From Bugula neritina (Eukaryota; Animalia; Bryozoa), in the NCBI GenBank assembly GCA_964035545.1, contig OZ037770.1:9058973-9122972 (forward strand): 64,000 bases of DNA, read 5' to 3'. Both the position numbers and the translations under genes were made by a program. Positions 14,001-26,510 of this stretch are shown here, piece after piece. Position 1 is the stretch's first letter. The number at the start of each line of letters is the position of its first letter. The notes beneath the pieces were generated by a model. That model did not search any database and was not told where the DNA came from. It saw only the letters and a list, made by a program, of their open reading frames with translations.

Positions 14001-15587
14001 CACCAGCAAGTACCTGTAACTCTATATATTTTAATTATTTAATCGTTCTACCTGCAACTACTCAGGGTGTGCTCTAAAGCAGAACCCCTATTGAAATATT
14101 ACACTAAGCAAACAGGAAAATTATTTGCTGAAACCTTCATCAATATTTGCTTTTTGTCAATGCAATTCATGCTGAATCCGGCAGAATAAGTTGTTTTGAA
14201 AATTTGTAATAACTTGTCTAACTATCAGCTGATCAAATGTTCCGGCAAATACTATAATATAGCAGTAGACTTGTGCTATAGCATGTTACTATATACAGTA
14301 CTTCATCAGCTAATATTAGCATCTTGTTAGACAGTAAATGCCACTTGGTGAAGACATGCTGTGGTTTTTGTACACGCCAGTAATAGTAGTAGTTATGCAA
14401 ATACCTCTCTGGTTTTCCACACAATAAACAATTCGAAGCTCTAATCAATGTTATACAAATTATTGACTAGCCGGTTCTATAATTATAGTAAGCAGTGAGG
14501 TTATTGATCATTAACACTATCTTTATGTTAACAACAGCAAGGAAAATTTATGTAAAACAGTAGCTATTAATACATTGTGTTCATGTCATCAGGTTACTTA
14601 TACTTAAGTTGTCACTAGCTATAGCATCCCATGGAGGAAGGTTAAATATTCAATGATGGCTTGCTTGATGATAGACATTGGTCCAAGTTATGGGGTATAC
14701 ACGGGTACTCCAAACTCCCACCAGCTTCTTTAAATTCCCACAAATCTAACTGCACCTTCACCATTTGATTCTATTGCATTTCAATGTAAGACTATTCATT
14801 AGTGGTTAGTTTGACACGATTTGAGATAGTGATAATGCTCTATAAAATTTCAAAATCCTGTTCAATTTTTTAGGTCTATATGTTATTGGTGGGTGTTTTA
14901 ATTATATAAATATAAAGTCTAATGCAAATTATTTTCAGCAAATGAGTATCAATATAAGATCTTTTTATAATTATTTTATTTTTCAAACAATAATATAATT
15001 TTACTTATAAAAAACCATAAAAATAACTTGATTTTTGCGCAGATGCAACATACTTTTGTTTCATTTTCAAAGTATAGGCTGTAAATTTCTAATATTTTCC
15101 TTAATTTATTTTACCTCAAACTGATGAAAAATAGAAACTGAAATAATTAGAAAAATTGATGGTGCATGAGACTACTTTACTGTGTTTTGCCAACCTACCT
15201 TATGCCACAAGAAAACTGTAGCCTGTTTTAGACCCTAGTAAAATTGGTAATGATGTTTTTACTGTACTCACTATTTTCTTTATACCTTGGTCACCATTTA
15301 GACTGAAAACTTGCAAAATATTGTATAACCAAAGTCATAGCCTAAATAAATATGTTACTGAATACAAGTAAGGTACCTGGTTTCAGAGATTGTAGTCTAT
15401 ATAAACTATATATAAGATAATATTATATTTATAGGCAGCTATATAATAGCGTGGGGAAGGGGATATTTTATGTGAATAAATGATCACCTGCAAGGGTGTC
15501 TTTCCTGGATTCCTCTTGAGGAAAGAGACTGTTGTCTGGTTCTTTAAACTCCAGAACTACCGAGCTTGTGGGTTTTTTATCCTCCAT
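5002..15587 (-). CDS. Monocarboxylate/aromatic amino acid transporter, SLC16 family (MCT10/MCT8-like), ~554 aa, 11 coding exons
   Basis: Exons 15587-15488, 12789-12583, 10950-10805, 10460-10304, 9257-9095, 8553-8364, 8118-7917, 7437-7273, 6914-6711, 6371-6277, 5037-5002; all GT-AG and phase-consistent. Motifs [59 protein letters not shown]...AFYFAGVPP. The last two exons are less certain. Confidence 0.9.
5389..5424 (+). repeat. 12-bp tandem triplet GTGGGAATCCCT
   Basis: gtgggaatccct gtgggaatccct gtgggaattcct. Confidence 0.85.
11020..11100 (+). mobile_element. tRNA-derived SINE-like head
   Basis: A-box TAGTGTAATGG, TTGCAAG anticodon-like loop, B-box GGTTCAATTCC; no intact cloverleaf. Confidence 0.6.
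11162..11250 (-). mobile_element. tRNA-derived SINE-like head (inverted relative to 11020-11100)
   Basis: Reverse complement: AGCCCTCATAGCTTATTGGCTAGC...GGCTTGCAGG...GGTACGATCCCCGGTTGGGGCAAAATTTT. Confidence 0.55.
12447..12589. repeat. 74-bp tandem duplication spanning the MCT exon-2 splice donor
   Basis: AATATAGAGTTGTCTTCCCTCACTATATTCACAACTAT.GAATAACAAGACA..ACACTCACAGACTT at 12447 and 12521. Confidence 0.85.
12799..13028. repeat. AT-rich foldback/inverted repeat abutting the MCT exon-2 acceptor
   Basis: ATAGATATTATAGGACATAGGTAGATGTT.CAGGCAGATA at ~12799 and its reverse complement ending ~13028. Confidence 0.8.
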
Positions 15588-17339
15588 CTTGCTTCCTAAG
15601 CTGATGAAACACTATCAATTATCTGCCAGTTGCTATAAAAGGAGAGACAAATCCTGTTAACTACAACATATACCACTACAACATGCTGGTAATATTTTCA
15701 GTGATATAAATATGTATTAATTCTTTGAAAATCTCATGTACCACCAAGCTTATAATAATATGATAATATTATCTAATACATCATAATATATTAATTAGCA
15801 ACATACTTTATACCATGTAGTACATCAATCTGGCTAATTAGCAAAACAGAAAAGCAATTATCAGTAGTTATATATGTGCAACTGTTTATATACATTAACA
15901 ATGGTATTGTATAGGTGTAGAATATGCCTATCATACATACACCACATTTTCTTCACTATTCAATAAATATAAAATACCAACTTGCCATTCCTTACATTAT
16001 CTACTAACTTGGTAACTTAAAAAGCTAATAACACCCTGCTGAAACTGCTATATATTCAAAAATAAATGCACAGTTTATGGTGCCTATCAAAACTTTCAAG
16101 TTGAAGAGGTAGTCTGTGGGTACGGTGTGTTAGCTCTTGGTAAACTCACTGCTGGACATTTGTTTTTGAAACTTAGTCTAATACCAGTCTAGTAGGTGCA
16201 TAGAAGCTTACTATGCCAATATATAGATGTGTGAATAGTTCAGACCAAAGTTTTTATATCATTTTTTTAATCTTATATTTTATAATAATAATATATTATA
16301 GTACTTGCTTAGCTAAAATTATTGTATTAATAATAAAAAATCATAGATAATGTTGAGACGCCATGAGATATTTAGTACTACATAGGACTGTGAGTTGCAC
16401 TCTTTGAGATTGAGACAAACTGCTACTATATAGCAGCTGTCATATTCACTTTGAATATGTAAATTACTCACTGTTTCATAAGTTATAAATCTTTACTTGC
16501 ATTAAGCCAATATACAGCTGAACTTGCATGCAATGCTTAAGAAAGTATATTCAAGTCAATGGTTGCTTAACCTTAAGTAATGCAATGCAGTTAAAGCCAA
16601 ATATCAAGTTGGCTGTAACAGCGCAGCTAATATAATACCATACAAGCCTCATTCAACTTATGGCAAAGTACTAATTTGAAGACGGTTTCCCCTACTTTGC
16701 ACTTATGGGAATTGCTAGCTATGAAATCCAATAACAGACAGTAGTTTCATGCTATAAGCTAAAAGACGAACTTATATAGACCGGCAAGCTACAGTCTGCA
16801 AGCCTGCTAAACTCACCACTCTGCATCTCATGAAACACTACATAGCTATTTGACTCAAATATCAATATTTAAAACTAGATTTGCTACTACAAATTACACT
16901 CAAGACCTCAAACAAAAGTGGGAGCTGCAATTACAAATCTTTATAGGCTATAGTTATCATGCAGCTGATTAAATGTAAAATTTTTATTGAATAAAATAAT
17001 AAATTATTACAGCTTTTTGCAGCTTTAAAGCTACATATAATATAATTTGGAAAGTACTTTAAAGAATAAATCATTGCATAAATGACATTCATTTTTACTA
17101 ATGATGGAAAAAATTCAGACAAATATTCACTCTAACTATATAGTTTAAGCTCTAGGGCTTAGAAAGCAGCTATTGCATAAGCTAATTTAGATATTAGTTT
17201 CTTGGGTTTATGATTATTTCAACCAGCAATGTTCTAGCTTACCTTAAATCCAAGTTGAAGTTCTTCTCTCATATTTTATTAGCCTGTTTACTTTTTAGAT
17301 AATTCATTGGTCACAATTAGTTATCAAAATAATCTTACC

Positions 17340-17764
17340 TTGCAGATTCAGAAAATAAACAACTGCAACTTAGATTTAAAATGCAGAGCTCTGTGCTGGT
17401 AAACTTGTCTGTGCGTATATCTATGTGCTAAATGCAAGAAAAATATAATAATCAATAGTTGTTGTGAGCAGCGTTTAGCGTTATTTAAATTGTTGCGCGG
17501 TCCGCCGGGTTGTTGGGCAATGAAATCGAACGCTGAAAGAACTACACCAATAGTGTGTTAGTAGTAAAATCTATCAGCAAAGAAGGGCGGTTATTCTTAT
17601 TAATTCGTTGTTAACACTGGCTTAGAGCAGTATTGAGAACGAGTGCTAAACAGGAAGCACATGATGCATGTCGTCATCAGTTTGTGTTTAGTAGGAGTTT
17701 TTCTTCACACCGACTCTTCACGAATATTTTTTATTGGTAAAATATTCTACTTCTAGTTTTCATT
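17340..17764. promoter_or_regulatory. Probable bidirectional promoter (MCT / SNX3)
   Basis: Locally CpG-richer stretch between divergent genes; minus-strand donor-like sites at ~17338 and ~17242 suggest MCT 5'-UTR exons. Confidence 0.45.
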
Positions 17765-20700
17765 ATGGCTGCAACTTCTCGCCTTCCTGCCAAGCAGCAA
17801 ACTTTAGCCGACGCATATGCTGTACCAGCTAACTTCTTAGAAATTGATGTATGTGATGCACAGACCCACGGCATAGCTAACAAAAGATACACAGATTATG
17901 AAGTCAGATTGAAGGTTAGACTTACAGTTGGTGTTACTCATTACTGAGTTAGTGTAACTGTTAGTTTTACTCTTACTGTTTGAGTGTTTTAGTCTTACAG
18001 TTGCTGTATACTTCTAGACAGCAACTTTTTTGGTTCACGTTTACAGTAACCCAAGCTGAAGCTGATTGCCATTGTGATTATATTAGTTTATTACTCATAA
18101 TAATTAATATTAGTATAAGTATTAGTTTATCACTTGAACGACCATCATCATCATTATTAAATTTGATATAAATTAAAATTATTATGATATTGATATTTAT
18201 CTGGAATATCGATATCATAATCTCAAGGCCAATGGGCAACCGCAACGGCATGATCATCATCATTGAGTTCAACATCATCATTATGATAAAGTAAAATTTG
18301 TGATTATGATATTCAGATTATATAATTTTATTCTTATGATTTTATCATTATAATAATCCTAATCGTTGTTACAATTAATATAATAATTTATATTATTCAA
18401 TGTTTAAAAATTATAATGATAATCATATAATTCATGATCATATTGATGTTCTGATTCATATTTAGTTATTCAGTCAATGATGTAGATAGATATAAACCAT
18501 TTAGCGATTGATGATCGAATGGAATTTGAAAATATCACCATTATTATAATTATTGTAATTGTTATGATTAACTAAATTGAAGTGCAAGTAACTGTAATGC
18601 ATTAGTTATAATTGTAATAGTTATACTCATACTAGTGACAACCATGATAATAATGAATTTTCTGTTTGATTTTAATTTTGTAAAACTACTTGAGTACTAC
18701 TACTAATACTAGTAGTAGTAGTAGCACCAGTAATAAACCCTGTGAAGCTTTCAAGTAATAGTTGTAATACTAATTTTTCTCACCTATCTCTGCTTTTTCC
18801 TGTTGGGCAGTGGGTTAGTTGTAATACTAACACTAATACTTTAATGATATGCAATTAAAACTATTATTAGTATTAGTGTAACCTATAAAATTAGGTGAAA
18901 GTGTGATAATTATAAGTATAATAATAACTTCAAAGTTATAGCCTATAACACTAACATTATAACTACTTATAGTATTAGACTCTTGTAAACACAACTCTAA
19001 CTGTAGGTACAATTGTTGTTGTAATTCATTGTGAGTAATTAAAGTAGTAAGGAACCAGGTGGTTATAATAATAATACTGGCCATTTTTGTAACTTCAAAT
19101 TAATTATGGTCATGAAAGTAAGGGGTATAATCATAATAATAATAGCTAGGCTGCTCCTACTCCCACCAATTGAATCTTCATGAATAATTAATTTCAGTAA
19201 CATGCTGCTCAAAGATCTTGAGGTCTATAGCAACTTCTATGGGACTATATTTGACATTTATATTTTATATTAGTATTATATTTACTTCTAGTATGATGAT
19301 TTAGTATTTGTATATATATTTTTAATTTTCATTTTAAAAATTGAGAAAAATAGGGTCGTTTTAGTGATTTGGTTTAAAACCATAAATTTTATTCAAAGTT
19401 TAGTCTTGAAATTTTTCCAATAATTTAAAAAAACTAATTTTGCCACTACTTCTAGTTCTTATAGTTACGAGAATAAACCAGTTTCTATGTTGTGATTGTT
19501 ACTTAAGATTATTTTTATCATTTTATTGAAGAAGCAGTCAAAGTATGAAAATTGAATTATTTAGATTGTCAGCCAATAATACTGATAGAATAGCAGAGAA
19601 TAAACCCTGAGTCTAAAGTGGGCTTAGAAGAACAACAAAGTTCTTCTATAGCTTTAAACATTCAAATAGATGGCAGTATGTGTACATAGTAGTTTTTAAC
19701 TTACTTTCCAACTTGACTCGCAAATTGTTGCATATTTATTTCAACTTGTAACCTACATTTGAATTTAATAGTTTGAATTATTTGATGTGAATATTACTTT
19801 AAACAGTTTAAAGTTTTGCTTTTTCAAGGTTATAGTGTATAGAATTATTCAGAATGAACCTATTTGTTTGAAAGCACTATATTACTACCCTCTGGTTTAA
19901 GTTGGGTTTTGGCTTATTATTAAACTCTTAGCATGTCCAAATTATTGTTTTCTTCAATACCAGTGTAGTCTGTGCCACAGTTTAGGACTGTCAATGAATT
20001 AAAAGAAAATTTTATACTATTACTCACCAGTTATCTTGTCAGCAGTTCATGGTACTAGTGTATCATTGTTGGAAAAAGGACTAAAATGAAACATACTATG
20101 ATGACTATGATGCAGTTTATTTTTGCTCACTGTGTAGTTAAAGCTAATTTATACTATTTTCTTAAATATTATATGAAATGTGACATTTTTGCCAAATTAC
20201 AGTAAATTGATCCACGAACTGAGCTGTTAAGTAAAGCTGAATATTTCATCATTAGAGGGATCTTCTACTTATTCAAGATAGGTTGATGGAAGAGATAACT
20301 GTCTTGTAATTTGTAGACTAACCTACCAATATTTAGAGTGAAGGAATCATCGGTACGAAGGCGGTACAGTGATTTTGAGTGGTTAAAGAAAGAGCTAGAC
20401 AGGGATAGTAAGGTAAGAGCTATTGTATCTGTTATCTTGTACACATTGGTAGCTTTTTCAATTATACAGAAAGAAAACCAGTTACATATCAACAGTGTTT
20501 TGGCAAAAACTCAAAACTGTTTATATTTAAATTGTGCTGGTGGTGTTGCTAACAATCAAAATACTCTCTATGTAGCATCGGGTAAACATGTTTTGTTTTT
20601 CATTCTAGTATTTTCTAATTTGGCTGTTGGAGTTATCATTCCTTTGATAATTATTTAGTTTTACAACACCAAATTTTGGAGCACATATCTGAAAAAATTA

Positions 20701-21647
20701 CTAAAACTTCTTGCCATTAGGGTGATTGCAAGACAATTAACAAGTTTGAAAATCTCTAATTTACTAAAACGCTTGATTTCTATAGCATTTTGATCAGTCC
20801 TAGTTTGGAAATTATATTTTTATAAATTTAAATTTAATAAAATGGAAAAATTATTTTTTATAATTAAATCCCTCTTAGATAAGGGATAGAATTGATAGCA
20901 GCCTTCTAAACCTACCTGGTATATATTGTCATGGAGTGTACAGATTCCTGATTCTTGATTCACTGTGAACTTGCAATACAATTTATGCAACAATGCAACT
21001 TATCTTATAATTCTTATTGTTAGGAATTCCTTTAGTTTTTCTACTCTTTAGATTGTTGTGCCAGCATTGCCTGGTAAAGCCTTTAAAAAACAACTGCCAT
21101 CATTCATGAGATCGGACGATGGTATATTTGAAGATGACTTTATTGAAGAGAGGCGTAAAGGTTTGGAGCAGTTCATAAACAAGTAGGTGCTTGCAGTAAC
21201 TCCAGCATGTGCTTTGTATTACAGCTCACTAAACTGTGCTTTTTATTGCTAATGTTTTCATTCCTGATGAAATAGAAAGCTAAGATGATTTATTATTTTC
21301 TCAGACCGGTCTAGTGGTTAGTTTTCATGGGTTCTGACAGCTTATCTACAGTGTGAATTTGTAGTAAGAAGTTCTCTAAATAGATAAGGGAAGGGACGCA
21401 GCAGCGCCCCCTCCCTTCTTTCCCTTAGCAAGTTATCCTGCGCTAGTCTAACTCACCATACTGTGGAGGCAATGACTCTGTGCATGCAGATTATGTATAT
21501 AGGTCATAGCCTAATTTCCTAATATTTGGTGCTATTTTCAGAGTTGCGGGACATCCTCTTGCCCAAAACGAAAAATGTTTGCACATATTTCTACAAGACG
21601 CTGAGATTGACAAGAACTATGTGCCAGGTAAAGTGAGAACAACGTGA
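17765..21647 (+). CDS. SNX3: Sorting nexin 3/12 (PX-only), 160 aa, 4 exons
   Basis: Exons 17765-17914, 20317-20412, 21052-21182, 21542-21647. Motifs DAYAVPANFLEIDV, RYTDYEVRLKTNLPIF, VRRRYSDFEWL, VPALPGKA, FIEERRKGLEQFINKVAGHPLAQNEKCLHIFLQ, YVPGKVR. Confidence 0.95.
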
Positions 21648-23600
21648 ATCTGTTCAGCCTGCACCAATCATCTACCCTACGTACATGTACCTCAGTTATT
21701 ACTAGTGAACAACATTCGCTCAAGCCTGCAGTTGTAATCTTGTACGTTGCAAACCTAGGTGGAGACAATTTCACATTACAGCTCTTTTTTTGTACACCGA
21801 CAAGTTCGTCTTCGTGAATATGACAATTGTAATCCTTTTTTCATATAATGGTATAATTATTCTTCTGCATAATTATTTACTAGTAAGCTAGTGGTTTTAA
21901 TAAGTTTTGTATTAAGAATGTTTGTGCCACCTTTACTTAAAGTTTAGTTTTATGTTATAATTTAGCGCTAGCTTCTCGCAGTGATTAAGTTCATTATGGT
22001 GCATACACTCATTAATATTGTACTTTGTCAAATTGCTGAAATAATTAACACTATTCAATCCTTGAGCTAAGTTTCTTATTTAGATGGAAATCTGATGGAG
22101 AGTTGAACTTCTTGTTTTTGTGTATTTCGTTTCGATTAATTCCGTTTGGACTCCTATGATTTATATATTCTTGCAAATTTAATTATATATCAATACACAA
22201 TATTTTATAAATATTATTTAAGCAGTGGTAACATGTAATGCAAGCAGTTGTGAATATATCAAAGTCAAGCTACAAATGGTTATTGGTACAGCTGTCAAAC
22301 CATGCATATTGAGATTTGAGAGTTGCCTTCTCTGATATGTTATCTTCCAAGAATTTTAGTAGAATATCTACCCTATATAGCTGCTAGCTATGTTCTAAAT
22401 TACTAACTAAACTAAGTTTCAAGAGATGAAAGGTAAAATAGAGCCATGCCTACCAATATCAAATGCAATATCTTTCAAAATAAAATAGTTGTGATTACAC
22501 TTTGGGCTTGACAAAACATGCTTCTACATAATATTTGCTTGTTGGTATTTTTTATGCATGTGGAGTTAGGGATGTTGTAAAGAAATTAACATAGAAAGTA
22601 TTGATGCAAGTAATTGACATGATTAATTAATTGCCCGGATGCTATGATTTATTTTAATAAGTTTTGCTGAATTCTCTCTTTTTTTCAAAAATTAGTGAAA
22701 AGCGCATTTTTGTTCATGAAAAATTTGCCACTGAGAGATGTAGTAATAATCTAAATTTTCTACAAGCCAACTGCATGTCAGAAACTAAGCAGCTGAAGAC
22801 TTGCACTTTCCTCAAAGAAAAAATGACCTGCACCTTATGAGTCACACAGTTCTGCTGTTAATCACAATTTCTAATCATGAGTGTAATGTGAGGAATTTTC
22901 ATATATAAAAGCAATTTTTTAATGAGCCATCGTTTTGTTATAGGAATACTTGCATTATAAAAAACAATGAGTCGAAGCATGTTGATATTATTCTCAAACT
23001 GTATTTAAATCAGTTAGATTCAAAACTACATAGTTATAGATTATAATCACAATTACTTTTAATTAAAAATACTAATTAACCCGCAGCTAGTTGAAAAAAT
23101 GGAGTACAAATTATGTCGGCTGACAAACTTCCTAGAAGTACCAGAATTGATTTATAAAATACATTAAATTATTGGATAGAAATATGATTAGTATTATAAA
23201 ATGAGCTACCACCATAACTCAGGCAACCGTGTAGATATTAGATGCTAGATGGTAGCAGCTTTAGAGTGAATCCAATAGCAGTCAGACTCAGCCATCTAAA
23301 AATAATGAAATCAAACACTACAACGTTATGGTATTACACCTTAAATTGTTATAAAATTAGCCTGTTTAGTTAATGGTCTCAAAGTTCATTTTATTATGGC
23401 GTAGCAGTTTATAGATGGAAACAGGCTATGCTTAGTCGATCACAACATTGCCACCTAGTTCCAAAACTAAAACAAACTTGTTTGCAAATCAATAAGTGAT
23501 GATTGTCAAGACCAGAGCCGCCTGAATTTCATGAAGTCAACATAAGCATAAAATGTTTGGGTAACAAAATCCTTACCAAATGATTTTGCCTCATAAAATA

Positions 23601-23809
23601 CAGTGCTCTTTCCATATCCCACGGTTCCCGCTCTCACGAAACTCCATAGGTTACGAGAAGGGCTTGAACCTCAATTTTGTGGCTAATGTACGAGTGTATA
23701 GGTCAAAATGGCCAAATTTAATGAATCAATAAGTTAAATCTGGTATTCTATTATATCACGAGTTACGGTTTCGAAACCCGCAGCTTAGTGAGATACGGAG
23801 AGAGCAATT
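23601..23809. mobile_element. Degenerate pogo/Tigger-like MITE
   Basis: TA-CAGTGCTCTTTCCATATCCCAC at the left end matches the reverse complement of GTGAGATACGGAGAGAGCA at the right end. Confidence 0.5.
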
Positions 23810-23957
23810 CATTTCTAATATTTTCTGAAACTAACTCAAGGTGAATAGATCACTGCTTTTTAATTTGTAATAAAATTTAAACTCATTATGAATAAAACAA
23901 TTATTTTGAAGATTATTAAAAACCATTACCTGTAACCTAAAGTTGGTAGCTGCTTCA

Positions 23958-24752
23958 TCATGAGAGACCGGCTTTTGTGAGGATGTCTTGGAAGATTGCT
24001 GGTGTAGTGGTGGTAGCCAAATTATCTAGCATACTTTGACCTTTAGCAGGATGTACTTTGGGGTCAATTGGCACTCGTCCCAGAAAGTTTATACTAGCAT
24101 GAGCAGCGAGAGCTTCTCCACCACCACTGGAGAAGATATTAGTGCAGTCTGAGCAATTGGGACAAACGTAGCCGGACATATTCTCAATAAGGCCAATAAT
24201 CTTTACACCAGTCTTTCTGCAAAAGGAGATTTCCCTTCTAACATCTCCAATGGCAACTCCCTGGGGAGTGGTTACGAGAATAGCGCCATCTGGATTCCAC
24301 TCTTGGATGTTTTCAACAACAGATATGTGTTCATCACTTGTACCGGGAGGTGTGTCGATAATCAGATAGTCAAGGTCTTGCCAGTAAACATCCTCTAAAA
24401 ACTGCTTAATCATTGCATTCTTCTTTGGGCCTCTCCATACAATAGGATCCGTACTTTTTTGAAGAAGAAATGCTATAGACATGACTCCTAGTGTCTGGTC
24501 CTTATCAGTATAGACTGGCACCCAACCGTCTGGGCACTGATGAATCTCTTTGTTTTCTAAGTTTAGCAACACAGGTATACTTGGTCCACAAAGATCAACG
24601 TCTAGTATACCAACTTTTTTCCCAGCTTGTCTAAGACTGTATGCCAACTGTACAGTTACAGTGCTTTTTCCAACTCCTCCTTTACCAGACAGCACCAGTA
24701 TTATGTGTTTAACTTTAGAAAGATTAGATTTAGCTGTGGATATGTCTTCCAT
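23958..24752 (-). CDS. NUBP2: Cytosolic Fe-S cluster assembly factor NUBP2/Cfd1, 264 aa, single coding exon
   Basis: SGKGGVGKS deviant Walker [37 protein letters not shown]. No N-terminal Cys cluster, so not NUBP1. True start is MEDISTAK (24752), just after an acceptor at 24761-24762. Confidence 0.93.
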   Translation of the reverse strand: MEDISTAKSNLSKVKHIILVLSGKGGVGKSTVTVQLAYSLRQAGKKVGILDVDLCGPSIPVLLNLENKEIHQCPDGWVPVYTDKDQTLGVMSIAFLLQKSTDPIVWRGPKKNAMIKQFLEDVYWQDLDYLIIDTPPGTSDEHISVVENIQEWNPDGAILVTTPQGVAIGDVRREISFCRKTGVKIIGLIENMSGYVCPNCSDCTNIFSSGGGEALAAHASINFLGRVPIDPKVHPAKGQSMLDNLATTTTPAIFQDILTKAGLS

Positions 24753-26269
24753 GATGGTTTCTAATAAATATACAACAATGTTGCATGGTGAAAATGCTAT
24801 AAGGAGGCTCAAAATTAATACAGCACACTTTGCATAATAGGTACACAATTTAATTTAATTTTATCAATTATCTGAAATCATTATATGCAAAATACATATA
24901 TATCTAAATTAGCATGTTAAAGTAATAGTTGATTTATGTTTACTTTAGAGAACGAAAAGACTGCATAAATATAAGCAAGAACTCTTGCAAGTGACAATGT
25001 AATGAATAAAGTATAAAGGAAGCGATCCCAAATATATCAGTGTGTTTGCATTTATAGCTTTAGAAACCTTAGACACGCTAAATAACCAATAATTTACGCG
25101 AATAAATTCAAAACCAATGTTATATTGCTAGAAAAAAACTCACTTCAAGACTATGAAATTGCAGTCTAAGTATCAAATTATAAACAAATTTTGAAGTCAG
25201 ACATTTTTAAAACTTTGATATTTCGAGACTAAATTTAAGGCTAGCCATAGAAACTACTTCTCCAAAAACAGTGAGCTCCTTGAAGAATTAGCCTCCTGAT
25301 CTTGGTATGATCGTGTAATCAATATTATGTAATAATAATACTACTAGTAAAAAGTGCAGGGTATCTTAAATGAGTCTTGATACAACATTTAATACTAAGT
25401 CTAATGCCAGTGACAGTTGAGATAAAAAAGCCAAATTGCTTTTATTTCACTAGCAATTAGTATTACTAATTCAGTAATACTAACAGTAACTAGTAATTGA
25501 ATAAGCAAAAATTTGTTAATAGATATTAATATAATGCAATAAATATAATACTAATAGACATGATTATTAGTATTATTATCATTATGATTATTACTACAAG
25601 CTATTGCATGGTATAATTATAATTTAAATGATATCTGATTTATTTCAACTGAAATATTGATACTAAAGCTAGGTTAAACTCAAGTTAAAGATTATCCTTA
25701 TTGCAGATATATCAATCATCAATAATCAGACAAGCATATTAATATTATTATTAACATTGATAACTATATCCATATATTCATATTCACATTCATGCTAGTA
25801 CAAGGATCTACTCAAAACTACAATCATAATGATGTTTGATTGATAATTATAACATAATGATAATGTCAATATAAGTTATAAAATCAAATATAATATTCAA
25901 ATTGATGTGCATATAAATATGACATATTGATACTGATATTGATATTTTAATTTATATTGAGAGTGATAGTGATACTAAGTTTAATATTCATATCAATTTC
26001 ATATTCATATTAATTCTCATTTGCTTTTAGTGACTGTCATCCTCAATGACTGCGAGTCTCACTCTCAATCTGAGAGTGACTCAGAGTGAGAGTCGGACTG
26101 AGACTGTGAGACTCACTCTGAGTTTGAGTCTCATTTTTATTCTTATTTTCTGTTTTTATTTGAGATGCACTCTAACACCAGCACACATCACTACATTAAA
26201 TTTGTTAAAACATTTTAAACTTCTAATAAACTTGAATAAATACTTAGAATTAGCAAACTCCATACACTC

Positions 26270-26510
26270 TTAGTTACGTAATTTATTCAGGATCATTTGA
26301 CTATTTTCAACCCATATGAAAAAAGTTGAAAAATCCTAAAAGGGAATTGTTTCAGAACGCGAGTTACTGGGCTCGTCAAATGTATAATTTCAGTGCCTGC
26401 TTTTTTCTTCGTCTAACATATATGCTTTGTTTCGATATGTTTGTGTTTTTTTGTATAACAATGTAGCTGCTAAAGTTTTTCCAGGTGTTTGAGTTTCCGA
26501 AAATTGTAAG
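26270..26510. promoter_or_regulatory. Probable bidirectional promoter (NUBP2 / orphan gene)
   Basis: Short CpG-containing stretch between two divergent genes, flanked by donor-like sites and low-complexity intron sequence on both sides. Confidence 0.4.

Noticed and set aside
1530-21290. Other CTGATGA motifs (~1535, 5423, 15121, 15601, 21264) as hammerheads
   Set aside because: No stem II + GAAA + NUH + stem I arrangement around them.
24753-24848. Signal-peptide-like N-terminal extension on NUBP2
   Set aside because: Starts at a non-ATG codon and lies upstream of a splice acceptor at 24761-24762; intronic.
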